A DNA stretch of 64,000 nt, from the NCBI GenBank assembly GCA_951406725.2, contig OX597831.1:15748001-15812000 (forward strand), given 5' to 3'. Each line of letters opens with the position of its first letter. Positions within the stretch are counted from its first letter, which is position 1. The position numbers and the translations under genes were made by a program. This document shows, one piece after another, positions 30,235 through 45,274 of this stretch. A model generated the notes under the pieces. It saw nothing but the letters and a program-made list of their open reading frames with translations, was not told the DNA's origin and made no database searches. Source of the stretch: Octopus vulgaris. Lineage: Eukaryota.

Positions 30235-32400
30235 ATACACAACAGAGTGGACAGTGGGAAATGAAAAATTCCTCACATCGGGCTACAATATGTTACCTCA
30301 AATGCAAAGAAACATCATAAATATCCTAGCTGTCCACAATAACAATTCTTTGGCGGTGTACATAACTGTGTGTTATGCTTTTTTATTCTACTTATCATTA
30401 CATATCTGTAGAGAGAGTCTCCATTGAATCTATATCTACTGGAATAATTTTACCCGCACTTTCCATAGGCTCTCTCATCGCTAGGTCTATCACTAAATCA
30501 GGCTTTTTAGCTTCTATTATGCTGTTAGGCTAAATGTTAGACCCACAACTTCGTATATTTCCCGCTTTCTAGTGCATTCCTGCGTTCCTGTTCATACCAT
30601 TTATTAGGATGTTCGAATCTTAGCTCTTGACATTACTGCATGTGGATTACTCTTCGTAGTTTGCCGTGTCTTTCTTTGTATTAGTTCGGTGTCAGCATCC
30701 TACAGTCACTTACTCTATGAGTAACGCTTTCCTCTTTCGATTTGTATAACCTATACTGGGAATCTATTTGGTTTTGTCTATCTTGGCTTTATCCAATTAG
30801 TCCTTAATGATTCGTCTTATGCTGCTACTAACAAAATCTCTATATCATTTTCCTACCTTCATTTCCGCATTCCATTCAGATAAATTTTGTTCTTTCTTTC
30901 GGTTTCTTACTTCGTTTGTATGTTCCTGTGTCTTGCTGTGACTCTACCAACTATTAGCAAACTTTTTCATATACCTACATGGGGGTCTTTATCTACTTTA
31001 GCTAACTACACGCAGTCTGCTATTGATATTAACACTCTTCCGCCTTCATTTCTAGGTAAGTATAACCTTGCAAATTCTGCCCTTGGGTGGAGTATTCCAT
31101 TCATATTCAATTCCTTCCTACTTCTTCATTTCAGCATTTCTAAATCTGATTTTGCCCATTCTACAAATGATGTTGGTTATCTAAGAAACGATGCTGCATA
31201 AATATTTAAAGCGTTCTTTAAATTCGAACCCTTTAGATTTGACTTCATTAGCTCCTCTAGCATTTTCATGTACTCCTTGATTTTCATTACTAAAGATTCT
31301 AATACTCCTAGATACTTATAACTCTATCTTCCTCCAAGGATTTTAATGCCTGTCCAACCGGTGATTGGATGCCTTCCCTATTGAATAACTGTCCCCTATC
31401 TCATGACTAATATTGCACACATCTCTGTTCCATCTTTATAGGTTTCTTGAAAATTCTAACATGTTTTATCCCTACTAAAACATTTCGATCATCCATGTAC
31501 ACCAAATAGTTAATTTTTTACTTACTATTTCTGAACCCTCCCTTTGCATTTGTCGATACTAAATTGAATGGTATCAAACATAAGACAAATATTAAAAGGG
31601 ATAACGAGTTTCATTGGAAAATTCCTATATTCACATTAACTTTCCCTAAGACAAATAAAATCTGAGTAGAAATCTACTTTGCATTTCTTCATACTAAAGA
31701 TAAATAATTCGCTCATGATGTCTGCAATTCTCAGAATATTCTGTTACCCATGGGTGTGGGACCATACCATAAGACTTCATATAATATATCCCTGTTATTG
31801 TCACAGCTTATTTTGTAGATTTTACTTTATTTAGAACTGCTTTATATATGTATAATAGATCATGCATCCCTCTAGCTTCTGGCGGTAAATTCTGATTGTC
31901 AAGTTGCACGTAAAGGTCTTCTGAAAGCATTTGTATTAACATTGTCCACACCAATATTAAGCAAATTCATGGCGCCTAATTGCTAACTATATAACTCTTA
32001 CATTTATATTTCATAATGTGTATTGTTCTCCCTCCATTCATCCAGTCTTGTATTATTGCTCCATGAAGGCTTTCCTGAAGTTATCCTCTCAGCCTCCGAT
32101 GTAAACTACTATAATTCATTAACCAGTAAACTTAAAGTGAATCTCGACCATGGCCCTTCCATTTCGGCATATATCGCAACATTTTAGTCACTAATGAATT
32201 ATTTATTCTTGGACCTGACTCAAAAGAAGATTGGAACGCAGTCTTTCCCAGCATGTTAATGTAGGCCAAGTGTTTTCTCATTACTGCTTGAAACTCATTT
32301 AGAATTTTCTGATTTCTTCATTAAAATCAGTGAAATTGATGGTGCTTGGTGTTTCTCCCTTATTATTTCTTCCTTTAAGTTCTATTTCTCTTCTTTTCAA
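30235..32400 (-). mobile_element. Highly degenerate R4/Dong-type LINE
   Basis: Minus-strand YMDD near 31490 and KPDLVI near 30500; (TAA)n flanks. Confidence 0.6.
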
Positions 32401-32437
<37 letters not shown>

Positions 32438-32438
32438 G

Positions 32439-32485
<47 letters not shown>

Positions 32486-32519
32486 TTTATTACTTTTTTT
32501 TTCTTCATTCAAATTTTCT

Positions 32520-33014
32520 TCCATTTCTTGCCGAGTGTCTTCCCGACTCCTAGGGCAAAGAAACTCATAGTGTATATTGGTAGGCCATTAAACCAAACTC
32601 AATAGTTCGTTCATTTTTTTTTTTTTTTTTAAAGTTTAATTAAAATACATGAGCAGCAACAGTTCTCACATCGACAATGCTCTTCTCAATACGTGTGATG
32701 TACCAGTTAAGACAATCTTTTGCACTTCTTGCAGGGATGGTAAGCCAGGGATCATTCTCATATAATTTTCGGTTCCCTTCTTGATCATTCCTAGTGCTCC
32801 TACGATCACTGGTATTGTAACCGCCTTGAGATGCCACATTTTCTCAATTTCAATGAGTAGGTCTTTATATTTTCTGAGCTTGTCAAACTCTTTCGCTGAG
32901 ATATTATGATCACAGGGGATGCTCATGTCGATCAATAAGCAAATTTTATTGTTTTGGTCTTTCACAACAATATCTGGTTTATTGGCCTTGGTGGTTCGGT
33001 CTGTATGTACTGGA

Positions 33015-33015
<1 letters not shown>
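32520..33015 (-). mobile_element. Dong/R4-type LINE 3' end
   Basis: ORF 32666-32965 nearly identical to the C-terminus of ORF 38665-40740. Confidence 0.9.
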
Positions 33016-34730
<1,715 letters not shown>

Positions 34731-35312
34731 TAATAATAACAACAACAACAATAATAATAATAATAATGAGACAGCTCTGCATAACATCAAAGTGACACAG
34801 GGTTAAAATATACTAGGCCCAGCATAACCATCATCGCTACTCATCTGAGAAGTGAACACTTGGGACATGCATCACAACCATATGTGCGCGACATGGTGAT
34901 CTCACATCAAGATACACAGCACGTCACTTTGTAGGAAAAGCCCTGTCAAAATATTACTTCGCTTGAGTAGCCCATACCCCTCAAAAATGTCTTTGAATAA
35001 AGGTTGTTTAAGGATGTTGAACGAAACACTAATGATTTCAGTGGTGAAATATACAAACCCGAAATAACTCTTCTCAACATATGGCTATGATTTTCCCCCA
35101 CTACATTTCCTCCTGACCAGAGTTGCACATATCGTCAGCCATTAAGAGATATGCTCAACATGTTCAGGTAAAAAAAACTGTCAAGAATATCTGTTGTATT
35201 GAGCAGAATATTTAATATAGACCACTTTTTATAGCAAAATGAAAAAAGCTACGTGATAACACCTCCAATGAGATAAGAAGTCACGAGAGCTGTGTGGTAT
35301 GCATCGGTAATT

Positions 35313-35386
35313 TCTTCTTCGTCTTCTTCTTCTTCTTCTTCTTCTTCTTCTTCTTCTTCTTCTTCTTCTTCTTCTTCTTCTTCTTC

Positions 35387-35417
<31 letters not shown>

Positions 35418-35720
35418 TTCCTCCTCCTCTTCTTCTTCTTCTTCTTCTTCTTCATCATCATCATCTTCTTCTTCTTCTTCTTCTTCTTCCTCCTCCTCTT
35501 CTTCTTCTTCTTCTTCTTCTTCTTCTTCATCATCATCATCTTCTTCTTCTTCTTCTTTTTCTTCTTCTTCTTCTTCTTCTTCTTCTTCTTCTTCTTCTTC
35601 TTCTTCTTCTTCTTCTTCTTCTTCTTCTTCTTCTTCTTCTTCTTCTTCTTCTTCTTCTTCCTCCTCCTCTTCTCCTCTCTTCTTCTTCTTCTTCTTCTTC
35701 TTCATCATCATCATCATCAT

Positions 35721-35750
<30 letters not shown>
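35313..35750. repeat. Long (TTC)n/(GAA)n microsatellite
   Basis: Direct reading. Confidence 0.95.
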
Positions 35751-35751
<1 letters not shown>

Positions 35752-35815
35752 TTATTATTATTGTTGTTGTTGTTGTTATTATTATTATTAATAATATTAT
35801 TACTATTATTATTAT

Positions 35816-36290
35816 TGAGTGAGAGAGCAGTTCATGCCATCAAAGTGACACTGGGGTAAAATATACGAAGCCCAATATACCCATCATGACTACCCGTCTG
35901 ATAAGGGTACACCAGGCACATGCATCACAACCATATGTGCGCGACATGGTGATCTCATATGAAGATAAACAGCACATGACCTTGCAGGTGGGGCCCAGTT
36001 AGAATTTTCTTCAGGTTGAGTAGCCCATCCCGCTCAAACGGTCCCTGAATAAGGGTTGTTTAAGGATGTTGAAAAAACCACCCATGTTTCCAGAGGTGAA
36101 TTATTCAAACCCCAAAGAATCCCTCTCAACACATGGCTATGATGCTCCCCCACTACTTCTGCTCGTGATCAAAGATGCAGATATCGTCAGCCACTAAGGG
36201 ACATGCTCAACTGATTAAGGTCAAACAACTGACAAGCAAATCTGTGGTATTGAGCAGAATATTTGCTGTAGCCCATCTCTTATACCAAGA
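35816..36290 (-). mobile_element. Interspersed non-coding repeat (SINE or LINE-tail-like) abutting (TAA)n
   Basis: Copies at 34766-35260, 53268-53800 and 53836-53955 share the same terminus next to (TTA)n/(TAA)n. Confidence 0.7.
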
Positions 36291-36329
36291 TTATTATTAT
36301 TATTAATGTTATTATTATTATTATTATTG

Positions 36330-38358
36330 TCATTTACTTTTAATCTGCATGTTTGATGCTATCACTTCCCGGGGCACACCCAGCGACCTAGGGCAAGTGA
36401 AGGTTAAGAGTTGTTGAAATATAGCTGAAAGCTTGAGGAGGGGAAGTAGAGAAATATCTCCATGTAATACAACACAAACATTTCCATTGATAGGGCTTTT
36501 CTAAGGATGTGGGCAGTACTTGTTAGCACAATCTTTTGGATTTCCTTGAGACATGGTTCTCCAGGGATATTGTCTAGGTGTTTCTGACATTCCTTTTTTA
36601 TAATACCTAGGGCACCTACAATAACAGGAACAGTTTTTGTGTTAAGATTCCACATCTTTTGTATTTCGATTTCCAGGTCCTTATATTTACTAAGTTTGTC
36701 ATATTCCTTTACAGGTGTATTTTTATCAGTGGGGACGCTTACTCTATTAGTCTGCATGTATTTTCTTCCCTGTCTTTAACAATTATGTCTGGTCGATTAG
36801 CCTTGAGCGTTCTGTCAGTGTTGACTGGAAAATCCCAGAGGATGGTGACATCCTTACCTTCAACAACTGGCTGAGGATGGTGTTCATACCAGTTAGCAGG
36901 GGTGCTAAATTTGTAGTGTTTACATATCTTCCAATGTATATACTATCCTACCCTATCGTGGCGATTTTTGTATTCGTTTGATGTCAGCACAGGACATCTC
37001 AAAACGAAATGATCTATTGTTTCGTCAAACGTGTCGCAGAATCTGCATTTAGGTTCAGTACCGTTTCGGAGAACGTTAGCCTGGTAGTTTCTGGTAAACA
37101 AGCTTTGATCTTGTGCTGCCAGTATGAAGCCTTCAGTCTCTGCTTTTAATCCTGAACTCTTCAGCCACTGATGGGTTGTTGCTTGGTCTACATCAGCATT
37201 TTGGCTTCGGAGAATATATTGTCTATGCAGGGGCTTCTGGCTCCACCGCCTCTCAATTTGATTCTGCCTGTCCTTTTTTGCAGTCTGCTTGATTCGCTTT
37301 GCTTGCTTGGTAGCAGTGGTTTCCGTCTCTTCATCTGATTCAAGGTTAATGTCTAGTTTCCTTTCGAACTTATAAGCCTCCTTGACAATAGAATGCAGCT
37401 TTTTGCTGCTTTCGTGTTCGCACACAAGTCGCAGCATCCTGTTCTTTGTACTAGATAGATACCTGTTCATACCTACAGTAGAGGTCTTATAGCACAGCTT
37501 TATTTGCCTCATTTCTCTCCCCCCGCTGCTTCTAGGTAGGTACAGGCGGTCTACATCTGCCTTAGGGTGGTGCATGCTCTTGGATGTCAGTAATTTTCTT
37601 GTCTTCCTGTCCAAGCGTTGGAGTTCCGTAAGGTTCCAGTTAATGATGTTAAAAATGTACTGGACTACTAGACGTGCCATGGTGTTAATGGCCTCAATGC
37701 AATTTTTGGAGTTGAGTTCAGTCTTCAGTACAAGCCTTATTCTCCTATAGTATGCCTTTCTTATTTTTTCCTTCATAGTAGCATGATGTATACCATCTCC
37801 TTCGTTGATTCCTAGGTATTTGTAACTTTCTTGTGGGTCAAGTTCCTTGATGGTAGTGTCAATATCTAATTTAACAGAAGCTGTTTGCCTGAGCTTGCCT
37901 CTTACAAAAGTTGCTTTAGCACACTTATCAAGGCCAAAATCCATTTCGATATCGTTGCTAAACTCTTTAACAGTTGTTAGCAGCCCTTCTAGCTCTTGGT
38001 CATTCCTGGCAAACAGCTTTAGGTTGTTCATATAGAAGAGGTGGTTTATTGACTTACTAAAAACTTTGTACCCATATCCGGTACTATCCAATTCGTTTGA
38101 GAGTGGGATCAGTGCCATGTAAAAAAATAATGGAGAGAGGGCGTCACATTGAAAGATGCCTCGTTTGAGGTTGATGCTGTTGGACTGGCTCATCCCATTA
38201 CTATGGCTTAGAAAGAGACGTGTGTTCCACATGGTCATGCTATTCACTAAGAATTTTGAGACGACAGGAGAGATCTTTTATATCCGAAGGGCCTTCAGTA
38301 TCCATTTATGTGAGACACTGTCATACGCTTTCATGTAGTCTATACATGCCATACTCAG
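36330..38358 (-). mobile_element. Dong/R4-type LINE (fourth subfamily)
   Basis: ORF 36943-38247 with RT (GIFQCD, YMNN) and CRFC; RLE in 36404-36757. Confidence 0.9.
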
Positions 38359-38414
38359 GGTTTTATTATTATTACTATTATTATTATTATTGCTGTCATC
38401 ATCATTATTATTAA

Positions 38415-38459
<45 letters not shown>

Positions 38460-38479
38460 CATTAATATTATTATTATTT

Positions 38480-40570
38480 TTTTTTTTTTCTTCTTTCAAA
38501 TTTGCATCCATTTCTTGCCGAGTGTCTTCCCGACTCCTAGGGAAAAGAAACTCATAGTATACATTGGTAGGCCATAAAACCAAACTCAGTAGTTCGTTCA
38601 TTTTTTTTTTCTTTTTTGTTTAAAAAGTTAAATTTAAATTAAATTACATGAGCAGCAACAGTTCTCACATCGACAATGCTCTTCTCAATACGTGTGATGT
38701 ACCAGTTAAGACAATCTTTTGCACTTCTTGCAGGGATTGTAAGCCAGGGATCATTCTCATATAATTTTCGGTTCCCTTCTTGATCGTTCCTAGTGCTCCT
38801 ACGATTACTGGTATTGTAACCGCCTTGAGATGCCACATTTTCTCAATTTCAATGAGTAGGTCTTTATATTTTCTGAGCTTGTCAAACTCTTTCGCTGAGA
38901 TATTATGATCACAGGGGATGCTCATGTCGATCAATAAGCAAACATTATTGTTTTGGTCTTTCACAACAATATCTGGTTTATTGGCCTTGATAGTTCGGTC
39001 TGTATGTACTGGAAAGTCCCACAGAATGGTTACATGTTCTCCTTCCGTTACAGCCTCAGGGTGGTGATTATACCACTTGTCGGAAGTTTTGATATTGTAA
39101 TGCCGACTTATTAGCCAGTGGAGATATTGGCCAACTCTGTCATGTCTTAATTTATACTCCACTGGTGCTAAGACTTTACATCCAGAGATTAGATGGTCCG
39201 CTGTTTCAATCATGTCGTTGCAGAATCGGCATTTTGGGTCTGCTCCATTTTTCATCACATTGGCCTGGTAGTTCCGGGTTAATAGGCTTTGATCTTGAGC
39301 AGCCAGGATGAAACCTTCGCTCTCTGCTTTTAGCCCTAAGCTCCGTAGCCACTGATGGGTTTGCTTCTGGTCAACATCAGCTTGTTTGCTGCGGGTCACA
39401 TATTTGCCGTGCAGAGGTTTCTCCTCCCACCTATCAGCCAATTGCTCGTGCGCTTTTTTCATTGCTATCATTTTCACCTTCTTTGCAACAATAGTTGCCG
39501 TACTTCCCTCGGGTTGTTCAGTTTGGGTATCCTGCACGAGATCAATAGCAATTGTTTTGCTTTTCTTTATGATAGAATGAAGCTTCTTTCGTCTCTCGTG
39601 ATTTTCCACGAGCTTTAGCATCCAGTCATTCGATATTTCGAGATATTTGGCCAGTTCAATCGTGGTTGTTTTGTAAGCTAGTTCAAATCGGATAAGGCCT
39701 CGACCTCCTTGGGCTCTGGGAAGGTAATGGCGATCTACGTCTGCCTTTGGGTGGTGCATCCTATTACAACTCAGCAGCTTGCGTATTTTTCTATCTATAC
39801 TCTTTACTTCACTCATATTCCAGTTCAACACATTGTAGCTATAAGTAACAACTGGAACTGCTAAGGAATTTATAGCTAACACCTTGTTACGTGCATTTAG
39901 TTCAGATTTCAGGACTGCACGAACTCTCCTATAACATTCCTTCCTGATTTTCTCTTTCATGCTTGCATGCTGAATACCAGAGCCTTCATTTATCCATAAA
40001 TATTTGTATGTTTGTTCTTGCTCAAGCTTTGTTATGACTGTGTCAACATCTAACACGACTGAATTTGTGGTCTTCACTTTCCCTTTCTGGAAAGTGGCCT
40101 TGGCACACTTCTCAAGTCCAAACTCCATTCCGATGTCATCGCTGAATGCTTTCACGGTGCGCAATAGGCCTTCAAGTTCATTATTGTCTTTACCATAAAG
40201 TTTTAAGTCATCCATATAAAATAGATGACTTATTTTTTTATTGGCAATTTTATACCCATACCCTGTTCTGTTTAATTCACTTGTAAGGGGTATTAGGGCT
40301 ATGCAGAATATTAAAGGTGAAAGTGAGTCACTTTGAAAAATTCCACAGTTGATGTTTATATTTCCTGAGGCAAGTACTCCATTAGAGTGGTATAATTGGA
40401 GATTCGTATTCCACAACGACATATTGTGCTTCAGGAAGTTTGAAATCACAGGGGAAATTTTGAAGATGTCCAGCGATCTCAAGATCCATGGATGCGGTAC
40501 ACTGTCGAAGGCCTTTTTGTAGTCAATCCATGCGGTGATGAGATTTCTGCGCTTGTGACAGTTCTCAAGG
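38480..40570 (-). mobile_element. Dong/R4-type LINE, 5'-truncated, with uninterrupted RT-ZnF-RLE frame
   Basis: ORF 38665-40570: WIDYKKAFDS, YMDD, CRFC..H..C, KPDIVV..LLIDMSIP..KLRKY. Confidence 0.95.
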
Positions 40571-40710
<140 letters not shown>

Positions 40711-41265
40711 CATTATTATTATTATTGTCATCATCATCATTATTATTAATATTATTATTATTATTAGTAGTAGTATTTATATGCATGTTGCTGTTATTTG
40801 GTGTTTTAAAGTGTGAAGGATAGCGTCAGTAGCTCTTGAAGCGACCGTAGTTGTGGATTAGTTCTTAAAGCACTCTGGATTGCTTTTTCTTTTGGACATT
40901 TCTGTGGATGTTAACCCGGATTCACTTTACATTTAATACTCTAAGTATATTATATTAAATCACCTCGGTATATACAATCATATCTTTTTCATATATGCGT
41001 TTATTCTTTATACACCTTTTTCCAGCATATGTGAAAATATATGTATATTAGTATAGGTTCGGGATTTGAGCGCGGTACCTTAACGTGTATTTATACGGTA
41101 CGGTGTGAATGTATGGGTTCGATTTGAAGTTTTTTAAAAACTTATGTTGATTAATTGTTAACCACAAATGCATACTTACATCCATCCATCCGTCCATCCG
41201 TCCATCCATCCGTCCATCCATCCGTCCATCCATCCATCCATACATGCATGCATACGTACATACAT

Positions 41266-41335
<70 letters not shown>

Positions 41336-41339
<4 letters not shown>

Positions 41340-41760
41340 AACAACTCCCAGACAACAGTCTCGGCAATGACACACCAGTCTCACGTCATTTCCGCTCCAC
41401 CGGTCACTCCTTGCAACACCTGTCTGTGTTCGGATTGTCCTTGCACAGAGGCCATCCGGACTCCCGTTTGCGCTGTTAACAGGGATTAATCTTCTCTCTT
41501 CGCTCCTTTACTCCATTTGGGCTCAACTCTCCTCCCATCTAACTTCCTCCCCGACTCCTACTTCTCTTCACTCCTACATCTTTTCACCCCTACTCCCTTT
41601 CCCTCTTCTCCCTTACTCTCTTTGTCTCTCCCCTCTTTCTCTCTTCCTCTATCTCTCTCTCTTTCTCTCTTCTCTCTTCTCTCTTACTATCTTTCTATCT
41701 CCTGTCTTATTCTCTTTCTCTTTTCTCTCTTACTCTTTCACCCTTTCTTTCTCTCATCTC
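41336..41760 (+). mobile_element. Penelope-like 3' fragment (family of 6214-8700)
   Basis: [24 protein letters not shown] matches 7606-7680. Confidence 0.85.
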
Positions 41761-41810
41761 TCTTCTGTATTTACACAGCACAAAAAAATTATTTCAATAT
41801 TGCAACTTAC

Positions 41811-41847
41811 CTACAAGTAGAATAGAAAGGAAGAATACAATTTTCAT
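41811..41847 (-). CDS. Gene B exon 1: signal peptide MKIVFFLSILLV(G)
   Basis: ATG, hydrophobic run, G|gtaagt donor; flanks homologous to 21790-22340. Confidence 0.8.
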
Positions 41848-42450
41848 GGCTTTTCTATGACACGTTAAAACAAACGAATGGTGGTACGGCAATCAACCAT
41901 GTTGTTTTGTTACATGTAATGACATTCAGTGTAACATATGCGAGGCACCAGTAAAACAAAACAACGCAATTCAATTAAGTCTGTCATATTAAATTACAAA
42001 GCGGCAATATTTCTTTCACCAGAACATTTAATTGTCGAATAACGATTCATACGTGGATACAGAAATTAAACTGACAATTGAATATTCATTTCTCCATTTA
42101 GATAATAATATGACCTATAGACAAAAAACTGAAGCATAATTGATTTGTGGAATGTTTATCTCTTATTCTTCCATTTGTGTTTCATATTGTTGTGCAACCA
42201 TTCTGGGACACTATACTGAAGGATTTACTAAAGGAATAAACTTCTAGACCTGTACTGAGTCTATTCTACTGTCTCTTGAACTATATACTCTACTTCCCCA
42301 AATCTCCTGCCGATCAGAAGCATCATATTTTAAACGAAAAATTCAGTCACTTTTGCAAATATTATTATTATTATTTTCCTTCCTTTCTTTTCTTCTTTCA
42401 AATTTGCTTCAAGTTCATAGGCCTTCAAGTTCATTATCGTCTTTACCATA

Positions 42451-42578
<128 letters not shown>

Positions 42579-42601
42579 ATTGTTATTATTATTATTATTA
42601 A

Positions 42602-42679
<78 letters not shown>

Positions 42680-42683
<4 letters not shown>

Positions 42684-43402
42684 TAGTTTTATTTTTATGG
42701 CATGCATTCACTTCACTACCGAGCGCAACTCTGTGTGTCATGGGTATGTGCTGTGATTTGTTGTGATGCTCTGATGGTTATTTTACAGAAAGTGCTCTGC
42801 GTAGGATGTGTGCAGTGCCTAGTAGTGCAATTTTCTGTATGTTATATGTGTTTGTAAGTCCTGGTGTTTTTGTTATGTATTTGTCTGAATATTTTTTTAT
42901 CATGCCTAATACACCTACTATGATAGGAATTGTTTCTGTTTTTAGATTCCACATTCTAGTTACCTTTATTTCCAGGTTTTTGTAATTTGAGAGTTTCTCC
43001 ATTTCTTTTAGAGACACTTTGTCATCTGCTGGTATTGATACATCAATTAAAAAGCATTTTCATTCTTCATGATCTCTGACAACTAAATCTGGTCTGTTGG
43101 CCTTAATTTCTCTATCTGTGTGTATCGGCATATCCCAGAGTATGGTTGCTTTCTCGTTTTCTGTGACCTTTTCTGGTGTGTGCCTATACCATCTTTTTTC
43201 TGTTGTTATTCCATAATGTTGTCATAGCTTCCAATGTATGTAGTTTCCAAATCTGTCATGTCTGTGAATATATTCCTTCTTTGCTAGGACTGGGCAGCTA
43301 GAGATAATATGATTTATTGTTTCTTGTCCATCTCCACATATTCTGCAGTTACTTGCTATGTTTTTTGTAATTTCTGGTGGGGAGGCTTTGGTCTTGTGCT
43401 GC
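42680..43402 (-). mobile_element. Dong/R4-type LINE 3' fragment
   Basis: Matches 26760-27505. Confidence 0.9.
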
Positions 43403-43518
<116 letters not shown>

Positions 43519-44026
43519 TAAGAATTAAGAATTATGCGCCTTAAATAGTGTTTGGATACTTGCATGTTAGAAACGGTTTTTATCAAATAAATTTTAAATT
43601 CTATTATTCTGTAAAATAATATTTAGTTAGTTTAAATGTACACAAATGCATAAAAATAATTTTTAATTCCATTAGTCATTCTAAAATACCAATAAAATTC
43701 ATTCAATTTAAATAAGGGTAAAATTGCGCAGAACTTTAGGATTTCATGATACATCAAACACCACAAACTTGATGCATTACAGAGGAATATACATTTGAAA
43801 CAAACATTTACTCCGCTATAAGCATAAACCAAAATACATACAGAAGTTAAAAATAGAAATTCGCCAAGGCAAGCTGCTCTAACGAGTGATATTAACAGAG
43901 AGATTATATTCTCAGGAAAGCGCCCTGAAATTGACATAAGTACTCAATACAAGAATTGAGCAATCAATTCTCCTTTAAACGAAGAAAGTAAGAGGTCTTT
44001 CCCACTTTTCCGACACTTTTCTAAAC

Positions 44027-44290
44027 ATGGGTTCACTCTAAATAGACAGTATAAATGTAAATGGACTGGTGCCATTCTGGAAGCAGGGCCATCTCTACAA
44101 CGACCTCACGTCGTTGAACATAGATGTTCTAGCCATCAACAAGTGTAGAATTTGGGAAGTACAAGCCTTCGCACTCAATTACAGCAAAGACGAGGTGTAC
44201 GCATCTCCAAGATATGGAGGCTGGTTCAGTCTGTTATTTCGGAAAGAATTGGATCTCATTAGATGGACATTCTTTCTGGACGCAAAATAT
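44027..44290 (+). mobile_element. L1/Tx1-like APE endonuclease N-terminal remnant
   Basis: SINVNGL...IDVLAI motif. Confidence 0.55.
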
Positions 44291-44664
44291 AAGTCCCACC
44301 AACCAGAGGAGATGGGCGCTTCACCATCTTTTCTCTCTCTTGCTTTCTACTTCCTTCTTCGCCTTATCCTCTTTTCTCTCTTCTTTATCATTCTCGTCTT
44401 TTCGCTTTCCCTTCCATTAGTCACGTGAAAGCGTTAAATTACGTTCCCGTTACCTCGCGTCATCGATGCTTCTCTCGGTATTTTCTTCTCCAATCCCGTG
44501 AAAGCGTTACCGACGTAATAGGTAACGTAAGGGCAAACAGACTTATGAGATTTATTACAAACTTTATCTTGCTTTTTCGTTGTATTGTAATTTTTACTTA
44601 CTTAATTCCTCTTTCTAATCCCAGCCCTCCAACTTCATCTATTCTGTTCCATTCCTTATTAAAC

Positions 44665-44916
44665 AATTCCTATCATAGTAGGTGCATTAGGCATGATAAA
44701 AATATATTCAGACAAATACATAACAAAAACACCAGGACTTACAAACACATATACCATATAGAAACTTGCACTACTGGGCACTGCACACATCCTACGCAGA
44801 AAACTTTCCATACAATAACCATCAGAGCATCACAACAAATCACAGCATATACCCAAGGCACACAGAGCTGCGCTCGGTAGTGAAGTGAAAGCACGCTATA
44901 AAACATATACTACTGA
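44665..44916 (+). mobile_element. Dong/R4-type LINE 3' tip
   Basis: Matches 27243-27505. Confidence 0.85.
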
Positions 44917-45274
44917 ATAATAATAATATTAATAATAATACTAATAATAATATAGAATCCAAGGACAGCAACATAAGCTAGACTGAAATAGCTTGATTAA
45001 GTGGGAATCGTACACGTCGTGAATGCTCACCTTGCTCCGTACAGATCCCATAAACTCAAGTAGACAACCCATGAATGCCTGTCAAATATATATATATGTA
45101 CATTTATATATATATGTATATATTTGTTGAAATGGAAAGATGAATTATCTTGTTACGGATTATTCAAAAGTTTAACCGATACCTGGGTAGGAAAAATCAC
45201 AGCAGAAAAAACACGGTTGAAGATAAGCCCATATGGTGTTGCAACCGTGCGTTGGTGCGGATAATTGAAGTTTA

